DNA from: a virus
Lineage: Duplodnaviria; Caudoviricetes
Length of the DNA stretch: 24,980 nucleotides
Strand: one strand, 5' to 3'
IMG/VR virus record: IMGVR_UViG_3300033520_000021
Coordinates: 1 to 24,980 of that record
The notes beneath the pieces were generated by a model. The model made no database searches and was not told where the DNA came from. It saw only the letters and a list, made by a program, of their open reading frames with translations. Shown piece by piece: positions 9,378-18,755 of the stretch. How positions within the stretch are numbered: the stretch's first letter is position 1; each line of letters begins with the position of its first letter. Both the position numbers and the translations under genes were made by a program.

Positions 9378-9798
9378 CCTTGCAGAACTTGTAGATGTTC
9401 TGGTTGTCGAGGGAGTCCGTGCTGCTATGGATTCTGGCAAAGAACCTTCTGTCGCGAACAAAGACGAGGAAGGGAGAGTTCAGGTCGGGTATCATTCTAT
9501 AGAATCCCAAGGCGACCTGTCAGATGGAGCTTCATCAGACTCCTGTCTCAAACTCTCTCAAGACCTTGCGTTTATCTTCTATCTCCAGTACACCTGTAGC
9601 CTTGAGGACTTTCCAGTCTTTTGGTCTTCTCTGTACAACATTGTAAACAACTGGGTTCCTGTATCTGTCGTTCCAGATGCAGACTACACAGCGACCTTTA
9701 TGGATAAAGGTGGCAAGAAGGGTATCTCGAATGGGAGAATCTGGTGGGTAGATTACTGGCAGATAGACTTCCCAAGAGTTCAGAGTTCTCAGGTATAA
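9370..9798 (+). CDS. tail terminator (gpU-like)
   Basis: Acidic 142-aa ORF shortly before the tail tube gene; 'NW.P' and C-terminal 'IWWVDYW' pattern. Confidence 0.55.
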   Translation: MFNLAELVDVLVVEGVRAAMDSGKEPSVANKDEEGRVQVGYHSIESQGDLSDGASSDSCLKLSQDLAFIFYLQYTCSLEDFPVFWSSLYNIVNNWVPVSVVPDADYTATFMDKGGKKGISNGRIWWVDYWQIDFPRVQSSQV

Positions 9799-9813
9799 AG
9801 AGACACCTTGGAG

Positions 9814-9849
9814 ATTCTTTGCATAGCTTAGAGAAAGCTAAACAAACTT
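9814..9849. promoter_or_regulatory. dispersed palindromic site, copy 1 (inverted relative to the other copies)
   Basis: ATTCTTTGCATAGCT-TAGAGAA-AGCTAAACAAACTT; homologous to 20523-20558, 23151-23182 and 23478-23518. Confidence 0.65.
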
Positions 9850-9882
9850 TCATTTTTCAACCAACAAATCATGGAGACATCT

Positions 9883-10074
9883 ATGGCACGAATTGAAACA
9901 TCAACTGGGTCTAAGGTTGTAAGAGAGACAAAGACCTTTATGCAGGTTCAGACAGAAAACGCAGCAAAGCTTAAGGCAGGAACTGTGACCTCTGTAACCT
10001 GTGGAATGGAGGCAGAGCCTACTCTGGTTCCAACACCTAAACGCACAACTTCTCTGGAGAAGGTAAATGGCTAA
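9883..10074 (+). CDS. small hypothetical protein preceding tail tube (63 aa)
   Basis: SD GGAG before ATG 9883; fills the gap and overlaps the tail tube start. Confidence 0.6.
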   Translation: MARIETSTGSKVVRETKTFMQVQTENAAKLKAGTVTSVTCGMEAEPTLVPTPKRTTSLEKVNG

Positions 10075-11185
10075 GTCCTATAGTAAAAAAGCGAGGGGAA
10101 TTATCATCTCTGCACAGAGTGTTGAGGGTGTACCTACAGCATCTGCTGCTATCACAGGTACAGATTCTCTTGCTTGTTTTGAGCCTACGTTTGACGTGGA
10201 AATCTCCAGTGATACTCTGGAATATGCAGGCAGTGAGTTTTCTCGAGACATCAGAACGGACTTTACGGATAGAGTCCTGAATGCTGGGTGTACCACTCTG
10301 GCTCCTACTCTTGGAGTCCCTGCTGGTGTCCCAGATATTACAGACTTTCCTCAAGAAGTCCTCTATGGGTCTACAGGGGCAAGTGTAATCTATGCAGGTA
10401 CAGGGGCAACTGCTCTGGTCACTGTTACAAACTCTGTAACTTCGACTACGAAAGCAACAGTCTCTGTCAGTGCGGTTTCCTCTGACGACCCAACCTTGGA
10501 GAAAATCTACAAAGGTTTCGATGGTCACGCAGTCGCAGACCTTGAAATGGAAATCGACAAGCGAACCAAACTGAAGTGGGCGGTGAAAAGTATCCCTGTA
10601 GACTGGGCAGCTGTTCCAGAGGTTTTCCCTGAAGAAATCACCAAGGTTGACCCAGACTTCGGTGTTCAGAAAGACCATGTAATGCCCACCCTGAGTCTGC
10701 GGAATATCACCCAGTGTCAACTTGAGGTCTACGGAAGTAAAAAATACACAGGTGTGACCTTGGGTGCGATTGGTTCAGGTACAGAGGATTTACCAACTCC
10801 TTTCCTTGGAACCCTGAAGAATTTCTGTATCAGCAAACTGACTGCAAATGCTCTGTTCGGGTTCTCTTGGGAGCGGATTCATAACTCCTGCCAGACTGGT
10901 TTTGAAAAACTAGCCATGTCTCCAGAGGTTATGATTACGATTCTCGAGGATGACACTCTGGCGGTGTTGCAGCCAGACAGAAACGTGACAGAAGGCGGAA
11001 TGCTTGAAGGTTATTTTGCTTTTGCCTTGACCTACGGGACTGTAGCTGGTAAAAAGATGTATCTGACTTTTGATAAACTCCAGTGCGTGAACGTGAAGAA
11101 CACTGAAGTCGGTTCAAGAGCAGCGAAAGAGGTAACATTTAAAAACTGTAATTTCTCTACTTTGATGTGGAACTCTGCGGTTTAA
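10067..11185 (+). CDS. major tail tube protein
   Basis: 372 aa, Thr/Gly/Val-rich; N-terminus 'KKARGIIISAQSVEGVPT' like siphovirus tube proteins; directly upstream of chaperones and tape measure. Confidence 0.8.
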   Translation: MAKSYSKKARGIIISAQSVEGVPTASAAITGTDSLACFEPTFDVEISSDTLEYAGSEFSRDIRTDFTDRVLNAGCTTLAPTLGVPAGVPDITDFPQEVLYGSTGASVIYAGTGATALVTVTNSVTSTTKATVSVSAVSSDDPTLEKIYKGFDGHAVADLEMEIDKRTKLKWAVKSIPVDWAAVPEVFPEEITKVDPDFGVQKDHVMPTLSLRNITQCQLEVYGSKKYTGVTLGAIGSGTEDLPTPFLGTLKNFCISKLTANALFGFSWERIHNSCQTGFEKLAMSPEVMITILEDDTLAVLQPDRNVTEGGMLEGYFAFALTYGTVAGKKMYLTFDKLQCVNVKNTEVGSRAAKEVTFKNCNFSTLMWNSAV

Positions 11186-11198
11186 TGTAATGAACTCA

Positions 11199-11228
11199 GA
11201 CAGGTAGAGAGATGGTTCCCTGCCTGTC
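11199..11228 (+). other. intercistronic RNA hairpin after tail tube gene
   Basis: GACAGGTAG...CTGCCTGTC 9-bp stem with a U-G pair on the + strand; no U tract, so more likely an mRNA stabiliser or pause than a terminator. Confidence 0.5.
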
Positions 11229-11254
11229 CCCAAATTTATCTAGGAGATAACATC

Positions 11255-11890
11255 GTGGCTAAACAATTATTTATTGCTCTTCAGAGTCCAACTGTAGAGA
11301 TGAAAATCAAATCTGAACCTGATTGCTCAGGTAAAGTCGAAACCCTGACTGCGGTTTTCCTTCGTCATAATACTGCGGAGGCAGAACGTCTGCGTGGTCA
11401 GATGACAGAAATCCAACGCCAAGTCTTCACCGATGCAGTGGAACTTCAAATTGAGGTTCAGAGACTGGAAAGTTATTTCAGTTACCTCTCTGGGGCTGAA
11501 CTTGCAGATGAAGTTGCTAAGGGTAAGGAACGATTCCTGACAGGAAAGATTTTCGTGGACTCTCCTCTGGCTCTGCGGGCAGCAAGAGCAAAACAAGAAG
11601 ACACTCTGCGGGACTTGATGCGGAGCCAGATTGTTGCTCTGAAGAACATCCCCCTTGAGGTTCAGGAAACAGATGAAACAGGGAAAACCTCTTTGTCTCG
11701 TCTTGTCGTCCCTGATACACGAACTGCGGTAGACAATCTGGAACTCTGGGGTGAAGGTACTAACTGCCTAAATGCCCTCCTAGACGTTTTGCTGTTAAGC
11801 AACCCTTGGAGTTCCTCCCTTGCCCGTGCGCAGCAGAATGTTCTGTATAACCTTCAACTTCTTTCAGATGCCTCAACAAAAAACTCATAG
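11255..11890 (+). CDS. tail assembly chaperone (gpG-like)
   Basis: SD AGGAG + GTG; between tube and tape measure; ends just after slippery heptamer A AAA AAC. Confidence 0.8.
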   Translation: MAKQLFIALQSPTVEMKIKSEPDCSGKVETLTAVFLRHNTAEAERLRGQMTEIQRQVFTDAVELQIEVQRLESYFSYLSGAELADEVAKGKERFLTGKIFVDSPLALRAARAKQEDTLRDLMRSQIVALKNIPLEVQETDETGKTSLSRLVVPDTRTAVDNLELWGEGTNCLNALLDVLLLSNPWSSSLARAQQNVLYNLQLLSDASTKNS

Positions 11891-12315
11891 GGGTTGGGGA
11901 ATTCCTCGCAAGGAAAGCTAAAGAAGACAGGCTAAGTCTGGAGATTGAAGAAGCCAGACGGAACGAGGAGGAATTCCTGTTAAGTATCGGAGCAGAGCCA
12001 GAGGACGAGGCAGAAGCTGAGAATGAAAATGAACTCGACACTGGGGAATCTGGTGTCGAGTTTTTTTATCTCGATTCAGACAGGGAAGAGACTTTTGAGC
12101 TGTACAAACTCGCAAGGCTCTATCAGACTGCTGCGGATAACTTAGACCCAACCCTGATTCAGATGCTCTGTAAGGGCAGAAACAAAGACAGAAAGAAGAA
12201 GGACAAACTTAACCTAGAGGAAGTCTTGACAGACCTAGCGTTAATACATTACGGTGTCTGGAAAGAGAACGAAAGAACTCGGAAACTCAAAGAAACCCAG
12301 ATAGGAGAAAACTAA
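11878..12315 (+). CDS. -1 frameshift extension of the tail chaperone (gpGT-like); absent from the ORF track
   Basis: A AAA AAC at 11878-11884; the -1 frame (KKLIGVGEFLARKAKEDR...ETQIGEN*) is open to TAA 12313-12315, just before the tape measure ATG at 12317. Confidence 0.85.
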   Translation, partial: KKLIGVGEFLARKAKEDRLSLEIEEARRNEEEFLLSIGAEPEDEAEAENENELDTGESGVEFFYLDSDREETFELYKLARLYQTAADNLDPTLIQMLCKGRNKDRKKKDKLNLEEVLTDLALIHYGVWKENERTRKLKETQIGEN

Positions 12316-12316
12316 A

Positions 12317-15300
12317 ATGGCTGATTCCCTGAAAACCTACAAGATTGAACTCAACGTTGACACTGCTAAGGGCATCGCAGAGGTCACGAACCTGATTAAG
12401 ACCCTGAATGATACAGGGGTTCCGCTTGATAAAATTACCAAGTCTGTAGACAAGTTTGGTAAAGCCTCTATCTCTGTCTTGACTAGGGCAGTGACTGAGG
12501 CTCAAGCAGCGAACCTCGGATTCAGTACCTTGTCGCATACCTTGTCTGGGCTCTCTAAGCTCACGATTGGAGATAACATTTCAGGGAAACTCAAGGAGCA
12601 AGCTGCGGCTCAGAAGGCTGCCCATGCAAAGATGCTTGCAGATGCCCTAGCCATGAACAAAAAGTTCGATGCTCTGGCGAGAGAACAGATGACCCAGAAG
12701 TCCTCGTTGTTCTCCAATGTGACTACAGAACGAGAACTTCGCAGACTTGCCCAGTTGCGGATTGATGAAGCCACAAGGACTAATCAGCAGATTAAAGCGT
12801 TACAGCTTAAGGCGGCAGAAGAGGAACGGAGAATCACGCATCAGACTCTGCAAGCAATCAAGGCGGAGAGAGAGAAGTACCTTGCTGGGTCTCAACCTCT
12901 GGGACAGACAATCAAGAATGTATCCAAGATTCAGGCAGCAGATACATCGTCACGGACTGCCTTGCAGGTACAACTTGCAGCAGACACAAAGGCTCTGAAA
13001 GACGCAGAGCTTGTGCATAAGCAGACTGGGGAGAGAATCTATCAGCAATACCTGAGAGACAATGCAGCTCTGCGAGAGGCACATAAACGCCGAGGGGAAG
13101 ACCTCATGCAGGCGTATACGAAGTCTGCTGCTGAGGCAAAAGAAATCCATCGCAGACGAGGTGAGATTATTGCGCAACAGTACCTGAGAGACAATGAGGC
13201 GGTGAAGGCTGCACTGAAAGCTCAGGAAGAGGCGCATAAACGTCAGGGTGAGGTTCTGATGGCTCAGTGGCGTTCTCAGGGCGAAGCGCATACCCGTCTG
13301 GGAGAGATTCTCATGCGGAATTACCTCAAGGACGCTGCGGCTGCAAAAGAAGCTCACAGGCGGAAGGGGGAGCTTATTGCTCAGGAGTATGCAAGACAGA
13401 ATGCAGCAGATAAAGCAGCAGAACAGACTAGGCTCTCTCAGTTTTCTCAATTCCTACATCAACGAGAAGCCTTGTTGCAGGCGGACATCAATCGTCAGCG
13501 GCATATCGAGATTTCTGGAATCAACTCTATCGAGGCACACAGAGCAGACGCACAGAGAGCCAGACTCGTTGCAGAGCAGGCATATCGGAATCGTATCGCG
13601 ATAATCGAGTCATCTGTCAAAGGTGGGACGAGTTCCTCAGTTGGGCAGACTCAGGCAACAGCCGCAATGCAACATTATCTATCTGTGCTTAAGCAAGTAG
13701 ACAGTCAGCTTGCTACCCATGAACACGCCTTGAAAAAGACAGAGGTCGCGCATAAAGCCATGTGGCTCAGGGTTATCGAGGTCACAGCGGTCTACCGTGT
13801 CTGGATGACAGCTATTCAGTATGGTCAGCAGGCTCTTCTGAGTATTCCAACGACTGGGATTCACTTTGAGGGAACCAAGGCAGGTTTGCAAGCGGTTTCT
13901 GGAACTGCATCTGGTGCGTATCGTGAGATGGCTTTCCTGAACCATGAGGCGAAGCGTACAGGCATGGCTCTGGATGGTCTGCGTAGTTCGTTCAGGTTAT
14001 TCGCTGCATCTGCGATTTCCTCTGGCGAGGACATGAAAACAGTCGAGGGAATCTTTGCGAATGTCAACACGATGGCAACAACTCTGCATCTGAGTACAAA
14101 TGACGTGAACGGGATTTTCTTAGCTCTAGGGCAGACATTTAACAAGGGTAAACTCCAATCTGAGGAACTTGTGAAACAGCTTGCTCAGAGAGTTCCTGGT
14201 TCTGTAACTCTTATGGCTAAAGCGTATAGGAGACTAGGCGAAGAAGCTGGTAAATCTGGAGAGACTGTTCAGCAAGCAACTCAGAGGCTGCTCCATGATA
14301 TGAAAACCGGGTCTGTGGCTGCACATGGGAACATCGAGGCTCTGGCTAATGAAATGGCTCTCATGTTCGGGGGAGAAGCCTTTAAACATGCAAGTACAGG
14401 TCTGAATGCTGCAATCGGTCGTCTAGACACCTCGTGGACACACCTGACAGAGAACATCTACAAGGCTTCTGCTTCCTCGATGATGTCTGTCCTAGGGTTC
14501 ACCTCGACTTCGATTGAAAGTCTCAGTGCGATGTCTGATGATACTCTGGCTCTGGAGACTAGCTTTAACACCGTAGGTCACACAGTCAGGAACTTCTTTG
14601 CATTTATGGCAGGTGGTCTATCAGTTTTCGGCATTTACAAAATCGCTATCTCTCAGGTCGTAGGTATGTTCGGATTCTGGACAACTGTTTGGCTTCGACT
14701 GAATACTGCAATTATGGCAAGCCCTATAGGGATAATAACGGCTTTATCAGCCAGTCTTGCTACTTTAGCTGCTAGGTTTGATGCCATTGGAGAAAAACGT
14801 GCAGCCCTAGAGAAGCTTGCTTTTGCTCCAGAGGAAAGACCTAAAACTGCTGCCGAGGAGTTTAACTACAAGGTTGACCAAGACCCTAGAGTCAAAGAGC
14901 TGAATTTTGCAATCGAGGCTGGGAAGAAAAACATAGAAAAGTTTTCTGCAACCTTGTTTGGTAAACTGATAGCTCCAGATGAACTCAAGCGTGCGCAGGA
15001 AGTCCAATCTGCTCTGGTTGATAAGATGTTTCTGAAACGCAGAGAAGTCACTGCTGAACTCAAGAAGCAGGCGAACCTAGGGAATGTAACCGATGAGTCA
15101 ACTCTTCAGGAAACTGCGTATGACATAAGCTCTCGCCGCAACGCTAAACTCTCCAAGGAAGTTGATGACAGAATCTCTACCTTGCAGAAAAAGAAGCAAC
15201 TTGAAATTGACTCCCTAAACACCAAGGCTAAGATTCAAGAAGACCGTACAGGGAAAATTGTAGATTCAGCGAAACTTGAACATGATACTCTGGCTGTTGA

Positions 15301-17320
15301 GAAAAAGTATCGTGAGCAGATTAATGCACTGATAAGGGAGAAGTCTGGTCTGACAGAGGAAGGGGAGCGGAAGACCCTAGAAGGTGCAAGTAAATCCATC
15401 ACTGCATTTGACAAACTTGTAACCATAATGCGGACGATGGAGAGTCGAGGAAGGATTGATGCTGTCAGTCCTGTAGGTGCAGTGGGTAAGCATCAGGTCA
15501 TGCCGAGTACCCTAGCGCACGGGAATTATGGAGACAGGGTTCAAGGAATTCCAGAGGCAGAACTCCAACGAGCCATAAGCTATGAGCAGGTAGGTAGACG
15601 CACTCGCAGAATGAGTCCTGAAATGTACGCCTATCTGCGGCAGTTCGCTACAAAGTATTCTGATAAAATCGCAGACTTCGGGGTTAACGAACTGCGTAAG
15701 AACTTTGAGCACTTCGGAGGAGACGCAAGCAAGGCTCTGGCTGCCTACAACGCAGGGCGTGGAACGATTGAGAAACTCTCTCGCAGTCGAGGTGATAACT
15801 GGGTCTCTGGACTGCCTGCGGAAACCCGTAACTACGTCCGTGAGGGTATCCGTCTAGGCGCACCAAAGGCTGCCGGTGAACTGGACAAATACGAGGGGCA
15901 GCGGTCGAGTATCAAAGCCCAGATGGAAGAGCAAGATATTCTTTCTCAGAAACAGGCTCTGCAAGCCGAAGCCATAGCTGCACAGCGGGAGAAGGCTCTG
16001 CGTCTGGAGAAAGAGAAAGCCGCAGAACAAGCTGTCAAGAACACTCTCGCTAACGAGGAACTCCAGATGGAGACAGACTCGTTCAAACAAAACCAGCTAG
16101 CTGCTGACCTTGCCAAAATAACCTATGAATTTGACAAGAAAAAAGCAGAACTGGAGAAAAATGGGAACTTCGCAGGGATAGAGATTCTCAAGGTCAAGAC
16201 TACCCAACTTCGTGTTCAGGCGACACTTGCAGAGGCAGAACGTAAGGTAGCTCAGGACTCCGAGTTCGCAGCTCTGGCAGAAAAGGACTTGATGCTTAAG
16301 AAAACCACTGGGCTCTTGACTGAACGGGCTTACCAAACAGAACTTGTGAAAATCAAAGAGTCTCAGATTCCGAACCTTGAGGCGGAGCTAAAGCTCACAG
16401 AGGAGATTACAAAGGAAGAGGACAAACGTCTGGCTGTAGCGAAAATCCAAGCCCAGATTGCAGAGCTTCGTAAAGAAACGGCAATGAGTCTTGACCAACC
16501 TAGTGCGGCTGGAGACTACATCAATCAGGTGAGTTCTGCGAAAGACTCTACAGACACAAGGGGGTACAACGAGAGGAGAGACAAACTAGATGCTGGGCGT
16601 GTAGATGAGCTTAACTCCCTGACACCTGTAGGACAAAACGACAGAGACGGAGAACTCCAGTCCCTAGAGACCTTTCTCCAACAACGTAATGCTCTGGAAG
16701 CCAAATATGCCGATGCGAACTTTCTGAACCAGACAAACTACTACGCAGGGATTGCCGCTGTAGGTGCAGATACTTTCCAAGGCATTACAGGTCACATGAT
16801 TAAAATGTATGGCGCACAGAGTAAACAAGCGAAAATTGCCTTTGTTGCCTACAAAGCTTTCATGGTTGCTCAGACCATTATGAACACAGCCGCTGCGGTT
16901 GTAGCTCAACTTGCTAACCCTACGCCGTATGTTGGGATAGCCTTGGCTGCAATGGCGGCTGCAACAGGTGCGATTCAGGTAGCGAAAATCATATCTGAAC
17001 CGATGCCTCAGGCACATGGTGGTCTGGAGTACGTCCCGCAGGATGCAACGTATAAACTCTCCAAGGGTGAACGAGTCCTAGCCCCTAAGCAGAACGAGGC
17101 GTTTATGAAACTAAATCGAGACCTGTCTGCACAAATGCAAAGAGACGGACAGAAAACTGGAAAGACAGATTCAACTGTTTCGCCTACAGTGGTAAAACCA
17201 AGGTTCAAGGTTGTAAACATCGACTACTCTTCTCAGGACTTGACCAATCAACTGCAATCCGCAGAAGGCGAGGAGATTATCGTTAACCACATGAAAAGAA
17301 ACAGAGAGAGCCTAGTGTAG
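12317..17320 (+). CDS. tail tape measure protein with internal SLT-type lytic transglycosylase domain
   Basis: 1667 aa, helical; tape-measure domain (GKLQSEELVKQLAQRVPG); SLT motifs MES, AVSPVGAVGKHQVMPST, ALAAYNAG, ETRNYV at ~15410-15840; C-terminal AHGG...GERVL. Confidence 0.95.
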   Translation: MADSLKTYKIELNVDTAKGIAEVTNLIKTLNDTGVPLDKITKSVDKFGKASISVLTRAVTEAQAANLGFSTLSHTLSGLSKLTIGDNISGKLKEQAAAQKAAHAKMLADALAMNKKFDALAREQMTQKSSLFSNVTTERELRRLAQLRIDEATRTNQQIKALQLKAAEEERRITHQTLQAIKAEREKYLAGSQPLGQTIKNVSKIQAADTSSRTALQVQLAADTKALKDAELVHKQTGERIYQQYLRDNAALREAHKRRGEDLMQAYTKSAAEAKEIHRRRGEIIAQQYLRDNEAVKAALKAQEEAHKRQGEVLMAQWRSQGEAHTRLGEILMRNYLKDAAAAKEAHRRKGELIAQEYARQNAADKAAEQTRLSQFSQFLHQREALLQADINRQRHIEISGINSIEAHRADAQRARLVAEQAYRNRIAIIESSVKGGTSSSVGQTQATAAMQHYLSVLKQVDSQLATHEHALKKTEVAHKAMWLRVIEVTAVYRVWMTAIQYGQQALLSIPTTGIHFEGTKAGLQAVSGTASGAYREMAFLNHEAKRTGMALDGLRSSFRLFAASAISSGEDMKTVEGIFANVNTMATTLHLSTNDVNGIFLALGQTFNKGKLQSEELVKQLAQRVPGSVTLMAKAYRRLGEEAGKSGETVQQATQRLLHDMKTGSVAAHGNIEALANEMALMFGGEAFKHASTGLNAAIGRLDTSWTHLTENIYKASASSMMSVLGFTSTSIESLSAMSDDTLALETSFNTVGHTVRNFFAFMAGGLSVFGIYKIAISQVVGMFGFWTTVWLRLNTAIMASPIGIITALSASLATLAARFDAIGEKRAALEKLAFAPEERPKTAAEEFNYKVDQDPRVKELNFAIEAGKKNIEKFSATLFGKLIAPDELKRAQEVQSALVDKMFLKRREVTAELKKQANLGNVTDESTLQETAYDISSRRNAKLSKEVDDRISTLQKKKQLEIDSLNTKAKIQEDRTGKIVDSAKLEHDTLAVEKKYREQINALIREKSGLTEEGERKTLEGASKSITAFDKLVTIMRTMESRGRIDAVSPVGAVGKHQVMPSTLAHGNYGDRVQGIPEAELQRAISYEQVGRRTRRMSPEMYAYLRQFATKYSDKIADFGVNELRKNFEHFGGDASKALAAYNAGRGTIEKLSRSRGDNWVSGLPAETRNYVREGIRLGAPKAAGELDKYEGQRSSIKAQMEEQDILSQKQALQAEAIAAQREKALRLEKEKAAEQAVKNTLANEELQMETDSFKQNQLAADLAKITYEFDKKKAELEKNGNFAGIEILKVKTTQLRVQATLAEAERKVAQDSEFAALAEKDLMLKKTTGLLTERAYQTELVKIKESQIPNLEAELKLTEEITKEEDKRLAVAKIQAQIAELRKETAMSLDQPSAAGDYINQVSSAKDSTDTRGYNERRDKLDAGRVDELNSLTPVGQNDRDGELQSLETFLQQRNALEAKYADANFLNQTNYYAGIAAVGADTFQGITGHMIKMYGAQSKQAKIAFVAYKAFMVAQTIMNTAAAVVAQLANPTPYVGIALAAMAAATGAIQVAKIISEPMPQAHGGLEYVPQDATYKLSKGERVLAPKQNEAFMKLNRDLSAQMQRDGQKTGKTDSTVSPTVVKPRFKVVNIDYSSQDLTNQLQSAEGEEIIVNHMKRNRESLV

Positions 17321-17327
17321 CTTCGCA

Positions 17328-17367
17328 AACCTAGGGGTTGACAAACCATCCGCCTCTAGGTTAACCT
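17328..17367 (+). promoter_or_regulatory. inverted repeat containing a possible internal sigma70 promoter
   Basis: AACCTAGGGG...CCTCTAGGTT stem enclosing TTGACA (17338-17343); TAACCT 18 bp downstream. Confidence 0.4.
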
Positions 17368-17402
17368 CTCTGTTGTCCCCCTTATCCATTCTGGAGACCC
17401 CT

Positions 17403-18755
17403 ATGATAGAAGTTTTCCCTTTTCAACCTCTGGCAGATATTCGCGAGACCTTGGGTTGGCTTACTGCACACACCCCTTGCTGGGAGGGGGAGGAGAGAAT
17501 CCCTCTTCGAGATAGCCCTAGACTAGAGATTGGGTATAACTTTGCAATCCCTACAGATGCAGAACTTAAACTCATTGCGGAGTTCTCCCAGAGAAATCGC
17601 GGACTTGATGTTCAGGTTCCTCGATGGGCGACTCATGTGTTCGTTCTGCATCTGGCTTCTGGAGTCACAACCTTGACTTTGCCAGACCCCTCTGACCTGA
17701 CCTATGCCTTGCAGTCCGGTGATGATGTTATCCTCTGGGAATCCTCTACGAGTTACCTTATCGCAGAGGTTCAGAGCTTTTCTGCGGGAATTCTCACTTT
17801 TACCGCCCCTATCTCGAGAAATCTGGATTTTTTCTACGTTGTTCCACTCCTGACAGGGAAGATAAAGGAAGAAATTTCTCTCACCAAGGAAGCAGGCGGT
17901 AGAAAACGTGCAGCTTTCTCTTTCAGAGTAGACTCCATCTGGTTCCCTGAACTTCCTGCTCTCGAGGGTGGAGACATCTTCTCTCCCAAGGCTCTGGTCT
18001 CTTCCTCGTTTAGTACCTTCTTTAAGCAGGATACAGAGATTCTCGCTTCGGTTGTTGGGGTGTCTGAAGAAATCCCTACCGAGGGTCTCCTCAGAGAACA
18101 ATGGAGTGCAAGTTTTACAACTGTAGGTCGGTCTGGAATCCGCGACATGAGAAGACGGGTCTCTGCATTCTGGGGAAAAGCTAAAGCCATTATCTTCCCT
18201 TATGAACTCCTGAGTCGAATCGCAGCCCCTGCCAGTGTTCCTCCAATCCCTCCTCTAGTCTACCTGACAGCGGATGAGGTTACCTTTAACTACAGGAACA
18301 GAATCAGACTAAGTATAGCCCTAGGGTTTATCAAGTCTACTCAGGTTGTTATTAACTCAGTTCTCTACACCTCTCCGCCCTACCCTGTGACTATTCTGGA
18401 AAAACTTGGAGCTTGGTTCTCTGTCTCAGCTATTAACCTACAGGTCATTCTGAAAAGATACAGCACACAGGTAGAGAGTCTCGCTGCCTTTTTTACCCTC
18501 ACTGGAATCACCCTTACCACCGTCCTACGAGGTTACACTAATGCCGTGCCAGAAAAACTTGCAGCTTTCTTCTCTGTCTCAGGCATCACACTGAGGACTA
18601 TCCTACGTTCTTACATTAACGGGCTGCCAGAGAAGGTTTCAACGACTTTCTCTTTGTCCCAGATTACTCTCCGGATTACTAGAATCTTTTATGTCTACTA
18701 CACCCCAGAGAAACTAAGTCAATCTTTCACCATTACAGGGATAACCCTACTATGA
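17403..18755 (+). CDS. distal tail/tip structural protein with C-terminal ~26-aa repeats
   Basis: SD GGAG before ATG 17403; 'ETLGWLT......EERI.LR..PR' recalled from post-tape-measure proteins of BR0599-type tails; four to five 'PEKL...F...ITL...LR.Y' repeats. Confidence 0.75.
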   Translation: MIEVFPFQPLADIRETLGWLTAHTPCWEGEERIPLRDSPRLEIGYNFAIPTDAELKLIAEFSQRNRGLDVQVPRWATHVFVLHLASGVTTLTLPDPSDLTYALQSGDDVILWESSTSYLIAEVQSFSAGILTFTAPISRNLDFFYVVPLLTGKIKEEISLTKEAGGRKRAAFSFRVDSIWFPELPALEGGDIFSPKALVSSSFSTFFKQDTEILASVVGVSEEIPTEGLLREQWSASFTTVGRSGIRDMRRRVSAFWGKAKAIIFPYELLSRIAAPASVPPIPPLVYLTADEVTFNYRNRIRLSIALGFIKSTQVVINSVLYTSPPYPVTILEKLGAWFSVSAINLQVILKRYSTQVESLAAFFTLTGITLTTVLRGYTNAVPEKLAAFFSVSGITLRTILRSYINGLPEKVSTTFSLSQITLRITRIFYVYYTPEKLSQSFTITGITLL

